DNA of 63,313 nucleotides, the filler included, from Sphacelaria rigidula (taxonomy: Eukaryota), in the NCBI GenBank assembly GCA_964200075.2. It is 8 parts of 8 records of this genome, joined end to end, with 100 filler letters (N's around TTAATTAATTAA, not from the genome) between each part and the next. Parts side by side here need not be neighbours in the genome. Positions count along the whole stretch, not along the records: positions 39,637 to 47,462 come from CAXNAA020013340.1; positions 47,563 to 55,388 come from CAXNAA020013341.1; 6 more parts are not named here. One strand, written 5' to 3'. A model generated the notes under the pieces. It was not told the origin of the DNA, made no database searches, and was given only the letters and a program-made list of their open reading frames with translations. Position numbers and translations under genes: made by a program. Below are positions 39,637 to 52,300 of this stretch, in pieces; position 1 is the stretch's first letter; the number at the start of each line of letters is the position of its first letter.

Positions 39637-40837
39637 TTTTGTTTTTTGTTTTTTTTTTTTGTGGGGGGGGGGCCCCGCCCTGCTACTCCTTTGCCACGGG
39701 GGGGGGGGGGGGTTGGCGACTGGCTATATATAAGACAGGAGTGGATGCACCACAACCAGTTCCCCGTAAATCAACAAAGGTGTACATACGCCATGGATAC
39801 GACTGCGAGGCGTTCCGACAACCCCATGAACATATAGGCTGTTGTGCTCAACAAGAACATCGAACAGGTTGGTGAGGCGGGCTCGTCGTGCATGCCTGAA
39901 TCCTTGGATTCATCCTCGGCTGTCTGTTGAGTCCCTGTGGTTGGTCACACCTATAATTGAACCGCTTATTTCAGAGGATAGAAAAGCTTCCTTGAACAAA
40001 GTGTATTGTACACAGAGTAGTGGGCGCCCGGCAGTCACGTACAATCATATGGTACAACACTGTAGAAGTAGCAGTATGACATGAAGGCACGCCAAGGTAA
40101 AACGCGGGTTTCCGTATTCGTTCCCATGGCTTGTCCTGTGCAATGATTCTCAAATGCATTGCTCAACAGCAAAGTTCATACTCCAGCGTACATGTGCGTG
40201 CTTGTACAGCGTTGTCCAAACACGACTGCCACCATATGCCGCGACCAAGTGTCAAGGGCAACTCCGACGAACGGACACTCTTGCCTTCGACGTAAGCACG
40301 AGACACACAAACTCCGCCCTGGATTTCCCGTCAATGCCATCGATTGCGAAAAATCTTATCATAACAGGCAATGCTGTGCCGTATGACAGCATCTATCCAA
40401 CATCTGTTTCGTCGCATCGCATATGAGAAGCAATGGAGGGCACCACCTTCATGCGCTTACTGTATCTAATTGCGGGATGGACGCTGCAGCTTTCTCGAAG
40501 GCTTGAGTTGAGGACTGAGTCCTGACCCGACCGAGATCATACACGAGTGCACAGCAAACCCATTATGCTAGTTATTTATAAAGCGCGACTATAGCTTTGG
40601 GTACGGGACCCTGCCAATGCACATCGCACCTTGATGCAGCAAACACGCACGCACACACATATGCGTACCCACAGTCGGAGAAGACCACTCTAAATCAACG
40701 AGTGCACTTGACATTGTGTTAGTCAGCTCTATCTGACAAAGCAGCCTGCCAGCGGGCTGTTAAGGTATACGGTGATCTGATCTTTCCTCAACGCAGGATG
40801 CGACGCAGAGCAGTGCATATATTTTTGGTCACCCTAC

Positions 40838-41157
40838 CTTAGAGTGCTTGCACCACGCTGCTGCGAGCTACCGCCAGCCCCCGCCCAGTAGTGCCGCCCC
40901 GTTACCAACCTCGCTTGCCTCCCTTTTTTCCCAGCGATATCGCGTGATGTGCTTGTCACGCCCCCTGTCCTAGTGACCGTCGCATGTGTCGTCTTGGGTG
41001 AACTTACTCTCGAGTTGAGAGCGAAGCCTTGAACACCAACACTATTGCTTGATGAGGCCGAAATGAAAGCCAGTACTGCAGCGGCGGCCACGGCGGCCGC
41101 TACTGTAGCACGACAGCATGTTCCACGATGTCTTGTGGTGTTCGTGCAGTGCGCCAT
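40838..41157 (-). CDS. First exon of a probable plastid-targeted protein (presequence only)
   Basis: MAHC...ATVAAAVAAAAVLAFISASSSNSVGVQG-FAL is followed by an S/T/R-rich transit-like peptide. Donor AG|GTAGGG at 40837. The mature domain is not visible. Confidence 0.55.
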
Positions 41158-44100
41158 GAGTGTGTGTCGTGCTCGGGGTTGGGGGGAAGAGCAACTCACC
41201 CTGTATGCTTTGGCTTCACAACAAGAGTATCAGCTGTACTTGTGGTAGGGTTCGTCGTGGGTTTTCAATATCAGGTGAGATGGACCCGCTCCCCTCTACA
41301 ACAAAAAAGAAAAATTACTCGATTTCACTACACGCCATAATTTACTCGATTTCAGTGTCGAATACACACCGTGCAATAATGGTCATTATTTTTTCCAGAA
41401 AGGCCCCTCAGCAAATCATTTCCGCAAAGGGCAGTCAGTTTGTTTCGAAGTCGAGGGTTACTGAAGCTGACGTACCTAAGGTGCGAGGTTGGAAATATTT
41501 TCACCTCTATTGCCTATCCACACGCATTGGTGCATGCCATCAACTACCCTGCGTTCGGCATCGCTTTATCCACCGACGTACGACTGTACCGCACAGTAGT
41601 ACTATACAAAAAAACAGCACCACCAAACTGTCGACATCATTTTTCAGCGCCCGTGTTAAAGTTGCGCTGTTCTAAATCCAAGACAAAAGCTTTCGCCGGC
41701 ACCGGGGTCAAAAACAGCCCACCACACAAAAGCCGGTGCTGGGCGGCAGCAGGGGTGATCATCTAAAGGGAGGAGCGAGGCAAACTTTTAATCCATTATG
41801 CAGCTGGGCACCCCGCCGTAACGGCTTGAACTGGAAGCTGGCTCTATCATCACGTCGCAGTGGACGACCCGTTGGGTGCGGAGCTGTCTGTTTGCCCGCT
41901 GGTGTCGACTGCGTCTGTCTTCAAGCTGTGAACTAGTTGTACCCAGCGCGGCCGCTAGGAGTTGAGCTCGCGGGGAAAGAAGAGGTTTCGTAACACTTGT
42001 GAGGAGAGCAGCAGCATCTAGGATCGTCATTGTCGAGAAGCAGAGGGAGAGGCAGGGTCCTGGTGGCGTGCGGATATTGCAGGGAGCTCTTTTCGTTTCT
42101 TGGAAGGGTTCGCTTTTTCGTCGCCTGGGATTGTCATTCACACTCAGGTAAGCAAGGGCATGTATGTTTGGAAGCGTACATTTTTTGAGTCAGGGGTTTT
42201 CGTCGTACCGATGAACATCGCAGAGCGGGGGGATTCAAATGGTCGCACGGCGGGCGTGGGCTTTCAGGTAGAGAGCGTGCGAAGAGCTGCGTGCATTACC
42301 CGGTAGCTACTCTCGTCACCTCTGTTTACTTCGTTTCTTCTGGCTTTCGTGTGTCGGCAGCTGCTAAGGCGCGCAGTTCGCGTCGCTCTTTTGTATATAG
42401 AACAGCAGCACTGTCTGTTATCTACGAGTCCGCTCTACAGACGAGTGTCCTCCCTGTGCATAGCAAGCGTTCAGAGCAAGTATATAAAAATATATACCAG
42501 TTTTGTGTTTCGTCTGACGGTGTGCATGCAGTATGCATGCGGTGCCGTTGTTCGTTTGGGTTTTGGCGTATCCCCTTGCTTTCATAGCCCCATTTTACTC
42601 AATCCCAACCCAGGGTGCTGGCTTGGGGCAACACAAAACACTACCACAATACTACGTAATTTAACGTACTGCAGTGCCCTGCTGAACCCCCCCGTATAGT
42701 TCAAACCAATGCAACCGCCAGTGACCGAGCTCTACAAAACTGATACTAAAACGCAATTCTCTGTCATGTAAGGATACCCCGTCGATACGCCTCCTTCGGC
42801 ACACGATCTTCTGTTGTCTTTTGTGTGGGCCGAACACGGAATCATCTGTATGTTGAATCCCATCTAATCTGAACGCCAGTCTACACCGTTCGGTCTATAT
42901 GTGTGGGTGTATCAGCCGGGGTCACACAGAAGGAAGGCCGACCCAGGAGTTTTTATTATTATTATGATTATTTTGGGGCTGCACCTTCCTTCTGTGGTGC
43001 TTGCCTTATTTTTTATCGCAAGAGGGGTACAGGAGTCCCTTTCCCTCGTCGACTGTGACGTCGATTTTTCCCCCTACGAATAGTGAATAGCAGCAGTCGA
43101 GGGATTTTGCTTGTTGACAGCTTGGTCTATTTTTAGTACGTTGCATGTTACTTGTCGCACACCAATTGCTTTGCAACGAATTTAGAAGTAGTCACAATAT
43201 CAACGTTTGCGTCAAATAAGAAGCGCTCCCCACTACTCTTCGCTGAATGCGAGATACAACTCGAGGCAAGGCAAGAAAAATTAAAAATGAAAACTTGAAA
43301 TTAAATTCAAAAACGGAGCATCTGGGTTGAACCGTTGACAACAAGAGTGGGGCATCTGGGTTTGGATTGATATTTATTCGAAGCAAAAATATTGTGAATT
43401 CAGACGGATAACCCGCGGTGGTGGCCGCGGGGCTGAACTGAAAAACTGAGCGGGTAAGAGAAGGAAAATGACCTCAGCGAAGAAGCGGAAAATGACCGAC
43501 AAGTCCGTGTAATGACTTCGTAAGTACACCGCACAAGAAGCAAGGCCATGAAAGTAGGTTGCGTCTCAGGTACCTTGCCCCCATCTGAGCAGGAAGTCTC
43601 AGCGGCCAGCTCTGCGGAAGCGAGACACGAACCCTGATACTGTTGAAAAAAGAGGGCATTGTTGGAACACACGAATTCCCAAGACAAGGATGGACAGCTG
43701 CAGTACTGTTCGTGGTGTCCACCCGTTGCCTCGGATGCCTTTGTTCTCGGGTTTCAAGCGATGATTACAATAGGCTGGTTGCACCGAGGTCGTCTTGTGT
43801 AACGTGAGGATCGTTCTTCGAGTTCGTTTCCCTGCCTTCCAATGGGCCGTTTCGGAATCGGAACCCGAAACGCCTCCAATCAGTCATTTCTGGAAGCGCC
43901 GCGTGCGTTGGTGAGCATCAATGCTTTGATGCAGTGGACATTTTCAATCGGCACTTACATTGCTGTATCTGCGAATCTCTCCCTTATTCGTTCGTTTTAT
44001 ATAGTCATCACGCAGAGATGGATGCTTTGTGTTCCTCCAACGCAAAGCCCATAGATGTATGTCCTCGAATCTCCGTTTGACCTTACAAACGCCGTGTTCG

Positions 44101-44224
44101 TATTCGACCACCTGAATCTCAGCCATCCATGGGACACAAAGCTTCTCAAGGCTGAAACCTTCAAGTTCCGTTCATACCGAAGGCGTTGACTCTGATACCT
44201 GAAAAACGTTCCACAACATGTGGG

Positions 44225-44537
44225 TGGTGTGTTGTGTGTTGTCATTCCATTTATGTGGGCGCGTCAGCAGGGGTCACACTGAAGGTTCTATTTTGTTTAA
44301 ATTCTCCACCCCCCTTTTGCGGTGCTTGCTTTATTTTTACCGCGAGAGTGGTTCAGCGACCCCTTTCCCTCGTCGACCGTGACGTCGAATTTTGTGCACC
44401 CGCGACGTGGTCGCTCTCCACTTTTGGGCATTTTGTGAGAGAAATGCCAGATCGTGTGACCTCAACGAGATTTGAAGCAAGGACCCAACCGTCAGTAGGT
44501 TTCGAGGTTCATGACTGAGCCACCGGGGTGACCGGCT
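44225..44537 (-). mobile_element. tRNA-derived SINE-like element
   Basis: The minus-strand head GTCACCCCGGTGGCTCAGTC...GCTTCAAATC carries degenerate A/B boxes. The body is shared with 10-210 and 42900-43070. The 3' end ATAAATGG.ATGACAACACACAACAC is also seen at 39483-39536. Confidence 0.6.
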
Positions 44538-46327
44538 GTAAGAAGGGAGGGCGGGACTAAGATATATCTCCATGTATACCACACTGACATATCCTTCTGC
44601 GCCTGTTGAACCCTATTTTTATCATATTCCTGGGGACATCATTATGCTTATCTTGTGGTGTTGGAAAATAATAGCTCTCTGGGCGTCTCGCGTCTTGCGC
44701 AAACTTGAATAAGGCAAGCTGTTTTTCAATAGTGAGGTCCAACCCTCAAAATACGTTCGACCCCGGGACTCCAGCGCCTTCCGTTAACCTGAAACTAGCT
44801 GTGACCAATATTGAGCTTTTCTTCCCCGATCAGTTATAGTACTCTTCGATCGCATGCATTCCTTCTGGTCGCTGTCGCCAACTCTGTACGTCCATGGCGC
44901 TGAGCGGAAGCGTTTTTTTTTGCCTCGATTTTGAGGCGATAAAATTCAGCAGCGAAAGTCGCTGCACAATCATCCACGCGAGCGAGGAGCATCACTCGCA
45001 GGTGGTACAGAAAAAGTCGCTGATAGTTTCAGGTTCGGGAAAGCGCTGTTTTGGGGAGGTGTGTTGTAAGATTCTCATCGACCAAGTGGTGAAGACTACT
45101 GGTTTTCGAACGAAACCTCATCTTAAAGGAAGAATAGAAGAACGTTCGTTACTCTATGGCATCATCGGTATCTGCCGTGTGACTACCAACGTGGTGGAGC
45201 CCCACCTGATGTGCACCATTTGAAAACTGTATGTGCTGGAATCATGCCAGGTCAACCGTGTTGTATCATCCATGACTCAGCAAAGCTGTCCGTGTGCGTG
45301 TCTTTGAGAGATTTGTCGCCAGAATTGTACCACGGTTGTGTTTGTTGCAACACGAACCTGATGCCTGACAAAGCAAAGCTCTCTGTGTCTGCGCCTTTAT
45401 AAAAAGATACCGCCCGCCTGGGGACACCACTCTCCCCACAGTATATCCACGACATATCTCTGGCGAAAGCGGTTCCTAGTATTTTTAGTATGTGTATCGG
45501 TGCGTTCCATCAATACAACGAATTTTTGGGTATCCTTGTCATCAGTACACCAATGGATGAGCGATGTGTTGAGACGGATTGTTGCCGTAGCGGCGCAGCT
45601 CGTAAGCTGAGGAGGCCCAGCCGGAAGCAAGAGTTGAGACGTTTGGGCTTCATCTCTCGATTCTCCGGACACCAGGCGCCCACGTATAGACCCTCCGTAA
45701 ATCATCGAGGGAAAAATAGTAAGCAAGTGCTTCCGGTGAAAATCATGGCATGAATCAGGGATTTGGGACCGAGGAGCAAGCGTAACAATTTTGGTAAACA
45801 AAGTGGAGCTGTTGAGGTTTGGTAGCACTACTGTGGTTACGGGCCTCGAAGATCAAGTCGGGGGATACTGCTCCGAAATGAGGTCTGGTGCCCAAGGGGT
45901 TGAAATCCATCTCTTGAATGGGCTCTCGAGGATATCGTTCGACGCTCATGAAGTTGAGTTGTGGCTGGCAAAGAAAGTCGAGAACAGTGTGGAAAATCCA
46001 AATCACGTGCTCAGTACTACTTCTTGAATTACGCTGTTTACCTTTTGTGTTGTAGGAAAGAAATATAACGTTGCTGGAGGGAGTGCTCTTGCTTATGGTG
46101 TTCCGCTAGGGAATGCGATGCTCTAGCAAAAGCCCCTGCTGATCACCTTTACAGCGAAATCATGGCAAAGAGATGGGGCAATTATCGGAGAATGACCGTT
46201 GCAGAGTGCCACATTCAACGGAGACCAACATACCTCATTTGCAGGAGATGTATTGATGTCTTCTTGCCGTTGATGATTGATGTCAATACACCGCTCTTAT
46301 GTCAATTTGTTCGTCAAACGTTCTTCA

Positions 46328-46515
46328 GGGCCTGTCTTAGCACATGAATTTTCGATCGGAATCGTGCGGTGGAAAGCAACAATCCCAATCTGATAGATCG
46401 TGATTTCAACCATCATTGGTAATTTTGAAGATGGTTGAAATCATGACATATCAGATCAGAATTTTGTTTTCCACCGCACTTTTTCGATGGAAAACTGATG
46501 TGCTAGGACAGGCCC
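46328..46515. mobile_element. Tourist/Harbinger-type foldback MITE
   Basis: Palindrome with TIRs GGGCCTGTC...GACAGGCCC and an exact 3-bp TSD, TCA, at 46325-46327 and 46516-46518. Confidence 0.85.
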
Positions 46516-47462
46516 TCATATCCACGGCCCTCGTATCCACAGCATAGTATCCGAAAGAGACCAAAGCTCGCCGTGTGCTCGCGCTTTGCGAATGGTTTAC
46601 AGTATCGGGCGGTCTAACTGTTCATTTTGGGGCAGTTTGTGATCTTTTCGTAACTGGCGATTTTCTTGGGCTCTTTTCGCTTGCCACCGCTGGTCAAATT
46701 GGGAATCTGAAGACATTTGTATCCGCTCCACTTTCCGAGGGAAAAAACACGTGTACTCCTTATTGAGTAACTTGCGGACTGACCGGTCATCGGGGGTCCT
46801 GCCACGTTTCAGCCCAGATTCTGACTCATTCTCGATCGATCGAGCCTGTCCCTATCATATTTGTGAAGAAATGTACAGTTCCATGTTGATGAATCCCCTC
46901 CTTCCCATTGCGCTAGAGCCGAACATCTGTGTTTCACGGTCAAGAACCCCCTCTTGACAAACAGGGTATTTTCTCCTATCGCCCGATAACACCAACTAAC
47001 ACTGACTTGGGCAGTGTGTTTCGGGTATGATCTGTTGATTGTACCAAAGTCTATCAACGCTAGGAATTTCGAGTTCTATCGAAGAGTAGTGTGCGAGGAA
47101 AACCTCAAAACACCCCTGAATAGTTCGACCGTCCACTGCTGTATATTGGGAACAGCGTTTCATCCACCACATGATATCTGTTTGACAACGCAAAATTTCT
47201 CCGCGTGCCTCTCTAAAACCTCCTTCGTATACGGTGGTGTATCCCCACTTTTGCGAGGTGGTCGTTTTCGAGGCATGATCCCATTTCACGGCTGTGAAAT
47301 TTGGCTTGTATCATTACCCCCTAGTATGCCACGCCCAATCCACGCCAAAGCTAAGTCGCACTTGTGGTTCGGTCAAGTTTTTTCTTTTGGGCAAACGTCA
47401 CAGTAGGGTATACCATGGTGCATTAGCGACAAATCTGGGTACCCTCTTTGTTTGGAGGAGAA

Positions 47463-47562
47463 NNNNNNNNNNNNNNNNNNNNNNNNNNNNNNNNNNNNNN
47501 NNNNNNTTAATTAATTAANNNNNNNNNNNNNNNNNNNNNNNNNNNNNNNNNNNNNNNNNNNN
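47463..47562. other. Artificial contig spacer
   Basis: 44 N + TTAATTAATTAA + 44 N. Confidence 0.98.
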
Positions 47563-47861
47563 TGGGGAAAGCACTGTTTTAGGCTTGAACCTCATCTCGG
47601 AGTTAAACCTCAATTCGCACAATTTGTTGTTCAATACTGAGGCTCGGCGGAGATCGTCTACAGCTCGGTTTGATGGGAAAACTAATGTATGACAAGATGA
47701 CAAAACTCTACTCGTGAATGAATGAAACAACTCTGATCCGATCGAAGATGGCTCCCACGTGTGGTCAACAAAATATTAGTCGAAGAAGTGAAGTATTTTT
47801 TCCCTGCAAAAATGGATGGGTGAGAAATACAGCCAAAGTGCCAACAAGATCACAGCAGCGA

Positions 47862-48292
47862 TAAACACGGGGTTCTACACATTGGGGATTGATCTTTTAT
47901 TGGGGATGAGAACCCGGAGAATTAAAACCTTCGTATCCACAGCAAATTTTCGATGTATGCTTCCATTTCTTCACTTGCTGGTAGCTGTTGGCTACTGCAC
48001 GCCATACAAACTTGGATTCCGATAACCGAAATGTTGGGGTCCTCGGTGAAAAAACAATTGTGGGGGATTTCAGGTGTCCGATCGGACACCAAAATTGTTT
48101 TTCACTCACGACCCCGACATTTCGGTTATCGAAATCCAAGTTTGTATGGCGTGTAGTAGTTGTAAATAGCTACCAGCAAGTGAAGGAATGGAAGCATACT
48201 TCGAAGATTTGGTGTAGATACGAAGATTTTAATTCTCCAAGTTTTCATCCCCAATAAAAAATCCATCCCCAATGTGTAAAATCCCGTGTTGA
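47862..48292. mobile_element. Foldback MITE (family B)
   Basis: TAAACACGGG...CCCGTGTTGA palindrome homologous to 60265-60718. A related hairpin lies at ~48460-48820. Confidence 0.75.
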
Positions 48293-49332
48293 TAGACACC
48301 CACGCAAGATCAAAAACGAGGTCGTCCCTTGGACGGATCTATCAACAATCGATCCCCAATCCGTGCTTCTTTGTTAATCCGCACTTCCCAACCTTCCGGC
48401 TTTCACCAACCAGGCAGGGGATACATTGGCTTGGTTTGCAATCTTCCGGCTAAAAAAAAGCCGATCATCAAAATTGAGGATGGAGCTTTTAATTGAAAAT
48501 GATACCCCGGAAAATTGAAAACTTTGTTTTTACAGCAACTCTTCGAAATACGGTTGCATTCCTTCACCTACTGGTAACTAGTGACAACTACTACACGCAC
48601 GATCACCTAAATTCCTCACGGTTGTTTTTTTCACCTAGGATCCTAAAAGTTCGGTGATCGGAATCCAAATTTGTTTGGCGTGTGTAGTTGTCAATAATAG
48701 CTACCAGTAGGTGAAGGACTGGTGCAGCCATATTTCGAACAATTGGTGTGGACATAAAGGTTCTTAATTTTCCGGGTTTCTTATTTAATGAAACGCTCCA
48801 CCCTCAACTTTGATGATCAGCTGTTATAAGCCTTGGACCGCGAGGGTAGTTCATCTGGATCATGCATTCTGTTTGCAAGTGAAATTGATGTCGATTCGAA
48901 AGATGACCTACTCTCGCCGTCGAAGGGTTAAAGCCGGAAGGTTGCACCCACGCTAATGTGTCCCCTGCCTGGTTGGTCAAAGTCGGAAGGTTGCGAAGTG
49001 CGGAATAATAACGAATCACGGACCCGGGATCGATGGTTGATAGGCCCGCCCATAACAGAAACTGCATTGTGGTCCGTGCAAAGCATGGACGAAACAAGAA
49101 ATATAGATCGATCCTTGTTAAGCCCGACAGAGACGCTGGACTTGAAGAAATGGAGCTTGTGCCGCCCAAACACAAGGCACTGAAGCCTCGGAACGGAATT
49201 GACGTTTCCCAACTGTGAGCATCATCACCTGTAGTGCTGGTATCATACCCAATCGATCGTGTAGAGCATGTGAATGTTGTTGCTCGCGTAAAAGTAATTC
49301 AACCCCCTGTTTTCATGCCGTATGTTCTTCAC

Positions 49333-52300
49333 CTGCGCAGCCGCTTGCATCCACTCGCGGTTGTACGCGGCGAATCGCCTCTTCCGAACCTGGTTGCCCA
49401 TCTCTCCCAGTCGTCCATCGTCACCCCTTTCCCAGACATTGCACGATGATTCGCAGTCCGTTTTTTTCGGTAAAACAGAACAGCACAAGGTACGGTTGAT
49501 GTGTGAACAGGTCATGTACGACTGTTGCAATACACACAATAAACAAGGTCATAAGAAACATGGACAGAAGTACTGTCTACCATTATACATGACGTCTCTC
49601 GCGACAAGGCCCCCCCGCTCAAATAAAGGCAGAACAGCAGGTAATCGTGTTGTTCAAATCATCCTTCGTATCGAGATTGCAAGCCGTCACGAAAAACATG
49701 CATCTAGAAACACAGCTCAACACGGGGTAGGGATTGATGCGCCCCGGTCCATTTTTCAGCTCATTGGATCCACACGCTATGGTATTGCGTGAGTATTTTC
49801 GCTGTGCTCATTGTTCCTCTCTTCGGTTGGGATTGCCACCCGCCCGCCCCGCACTCCGCGTTCTGAAGTCCCCCCGTACTGTTATCTTTGCCTCACAGAT
49901 GCGCGCAAGAGGCTTGCAAATATGGAGCAGCCCTCTTTGTGAATACGATCGGGGAGAAAAGGCTGGCGATCACGAATGTTCGCGGTCGATTGGACCATTT
50001 GCGCCCCCGGAAACATTTTGTTGTCGTCCGATTTCCCCTGAAATGAGCAAAATAAAAAACAACATATTTTCGTCTGTTCTCCTGCCGAATTTCCAAGACT
50101 ATGCGTGCCCGTACCGTCGGCTGTTTAGCAACGTGATGGGGTGTGAGAAGATGCTCCAATGAACTGTTTGACAGGCATCACACCTGGAGACCGATCGCGG
50201 CTACTCTTAATGTAATGAAAGGACATCATCATCACCTACCTGTCAAACTCCAGCACTGTGTCCATACACGCCGTGGCCATCGCTCTCGTGGGGGGGTGTC
50301 GACTGTCAAGGAGGTCCAGCATCTCTGCCAAGGCCCCCGTGTTATACAATACCTGTACTTGCGAGAACACATTTCCAGAACACAAATTTCTTCGCATGCC
50401 TCAACGATTATCGTTCGACCATAACTTATGTGCGTGATTTTTTTTATCGCATTCACGAAGCATTTGGTTCATTTCGAATTCAATTTATTGCTCGATTACC
50501 CCACCTGTTCCAGGCCCCACACTTGTCTTCTGTGCGGTCTGCCCACTGTGGGACTGTAAACTACGGTATGTGACGAAGACCCAATGTAAATTTTCAAGAC
50601 TTCGAACCCACGTGTCTTTCGAGGCACTAGCATACTTTCCCCCCCCGAAATTGAGATTAAATATTAGAATGAGGTTTAACTCCAAAACAGTGCTTTCCCT
50701 GCCTTAAAGTCATGACGATGGAATGTCACATGGACGCCCTCATGCCCCCCGACCTCCCTGAAATTATCTTCTGAGGCTTTTCCGCCTTCCGAGGGTGTGT
50801 GCGAAAGCACCACCATCGGGTTACACGCCTCTCTTTTTTCACCCCGAAATCGAGGCAAAATGGTGCTTTCGCACACACCCTTTGGCGGAAGTGAAGACGG
50901 GAAACCCCGAAAAACACTTTCAGGGGGGTTGGGGGACATGAGGTCGTCCATATGAAAGGCTTTTGTCATAACGTTTGATCACGGGAAGCGCTGTTTTGAA
51001 ATTGAGCCTCATTTTTCCAATCTTCAATCTCATTTCCGAAAAAGAATCTGTTCACTGCTCATTTTATCCCTTTCAGTGCTATTTTTTGGTATAATAACAG
51101 ACTTATCTAAATACGCATACGCGCATACTGCTTCAAGGTAGAATTTTTGGCGCATGTGGAGGACAAGCCCGGGTTACCCCAACTACGTGAGGGGGGAAAA
51201 TGCTACAAACCAATGCTATGAAATTACAGGCCCTACTTGTCAGCACGACTCTCTGAAACGAGATGATCAATGAGTCGTTCAGCCCTCTAGTACTCTAAAG
51301 CTGCGCCTTGGATATTTTTGGCGGGCGCGCGGGCGAATGAGGATGGGGAAGGGGGCAGGGCGTACTCATGATCTTGTATGCCGTAGTCGTACGGCCATCG
51401 ACCTCGCACCCCTACAAAGCTGGAACGGAGCACACCTGGTCTTGGCCGGACTAGGCTCGTAGTCAATCCTCGAGCGCGAAGGCTGTGATGTGTTCGGCGA
51501 GTGACATGAAGGGTGAGGCTGCATCCCGCTAAGAAATACTGGCCCGAAGCGTACTGACTGGCTTGCATTTGGATGACAGCCTCGACTGAGTTACTTCCTT
51601 TTCTGCAATCGTCACTTCTAGAGACAGCGATGGGTTACACACTGTCTTGTGGATGTTATCATTTATACAGTAAATAGTATGACCATCCCCTTTGCGCGGA
51701 GTTCAGGTTCTCCCACCCCGCACAATATGATCTGGGTCGACCATCATCATGTTTACCGCAAAACAAAATAACGCAAGCGCAAAACAGAAACGGTACCCTG
51801 GTTGTCAAGCTTACGGTGAGTAACGTATTTTACAGTGCCAACCAACGCCAATCTCATGGGGGTAAAATGCGCAGGGGGGGAAGCGCTGTGAGTATTGGGG
51901 TAGCACATGATAATAACTGCGGAGGAACGTTCCCTGAACATAAAATCTCAACCACGTTTTCAGGTACAAGTTGCGGAATGGTAGTCCATCGGTGTTTTGA
52001 ATTTTGGGTGATTACTGACACCAAAACCTTTCGATTCTTGAAGCAGTGGGTGCAGCTTCTTAATTTCACCTTCGTTCACGTTACCCCCTCGGATGTGAGA
52101 TGTCAGAAATGTACCCAAGCTCTGCTTGGGGTTAGTAGTGATACATGGATCAAGGATCGAGGACCACGACATAAACGGAATTTTGCCGTCGGAGGGTGGC
52201 GCTCGCGAAAGGAGAATCATGAAGAGAGCATCAAGGTTGCTGAGCGCTGGAGGTCGGTCCACGATATCATAGTTCCGAAAGGGAGCCTCGCCCCCAAAGT

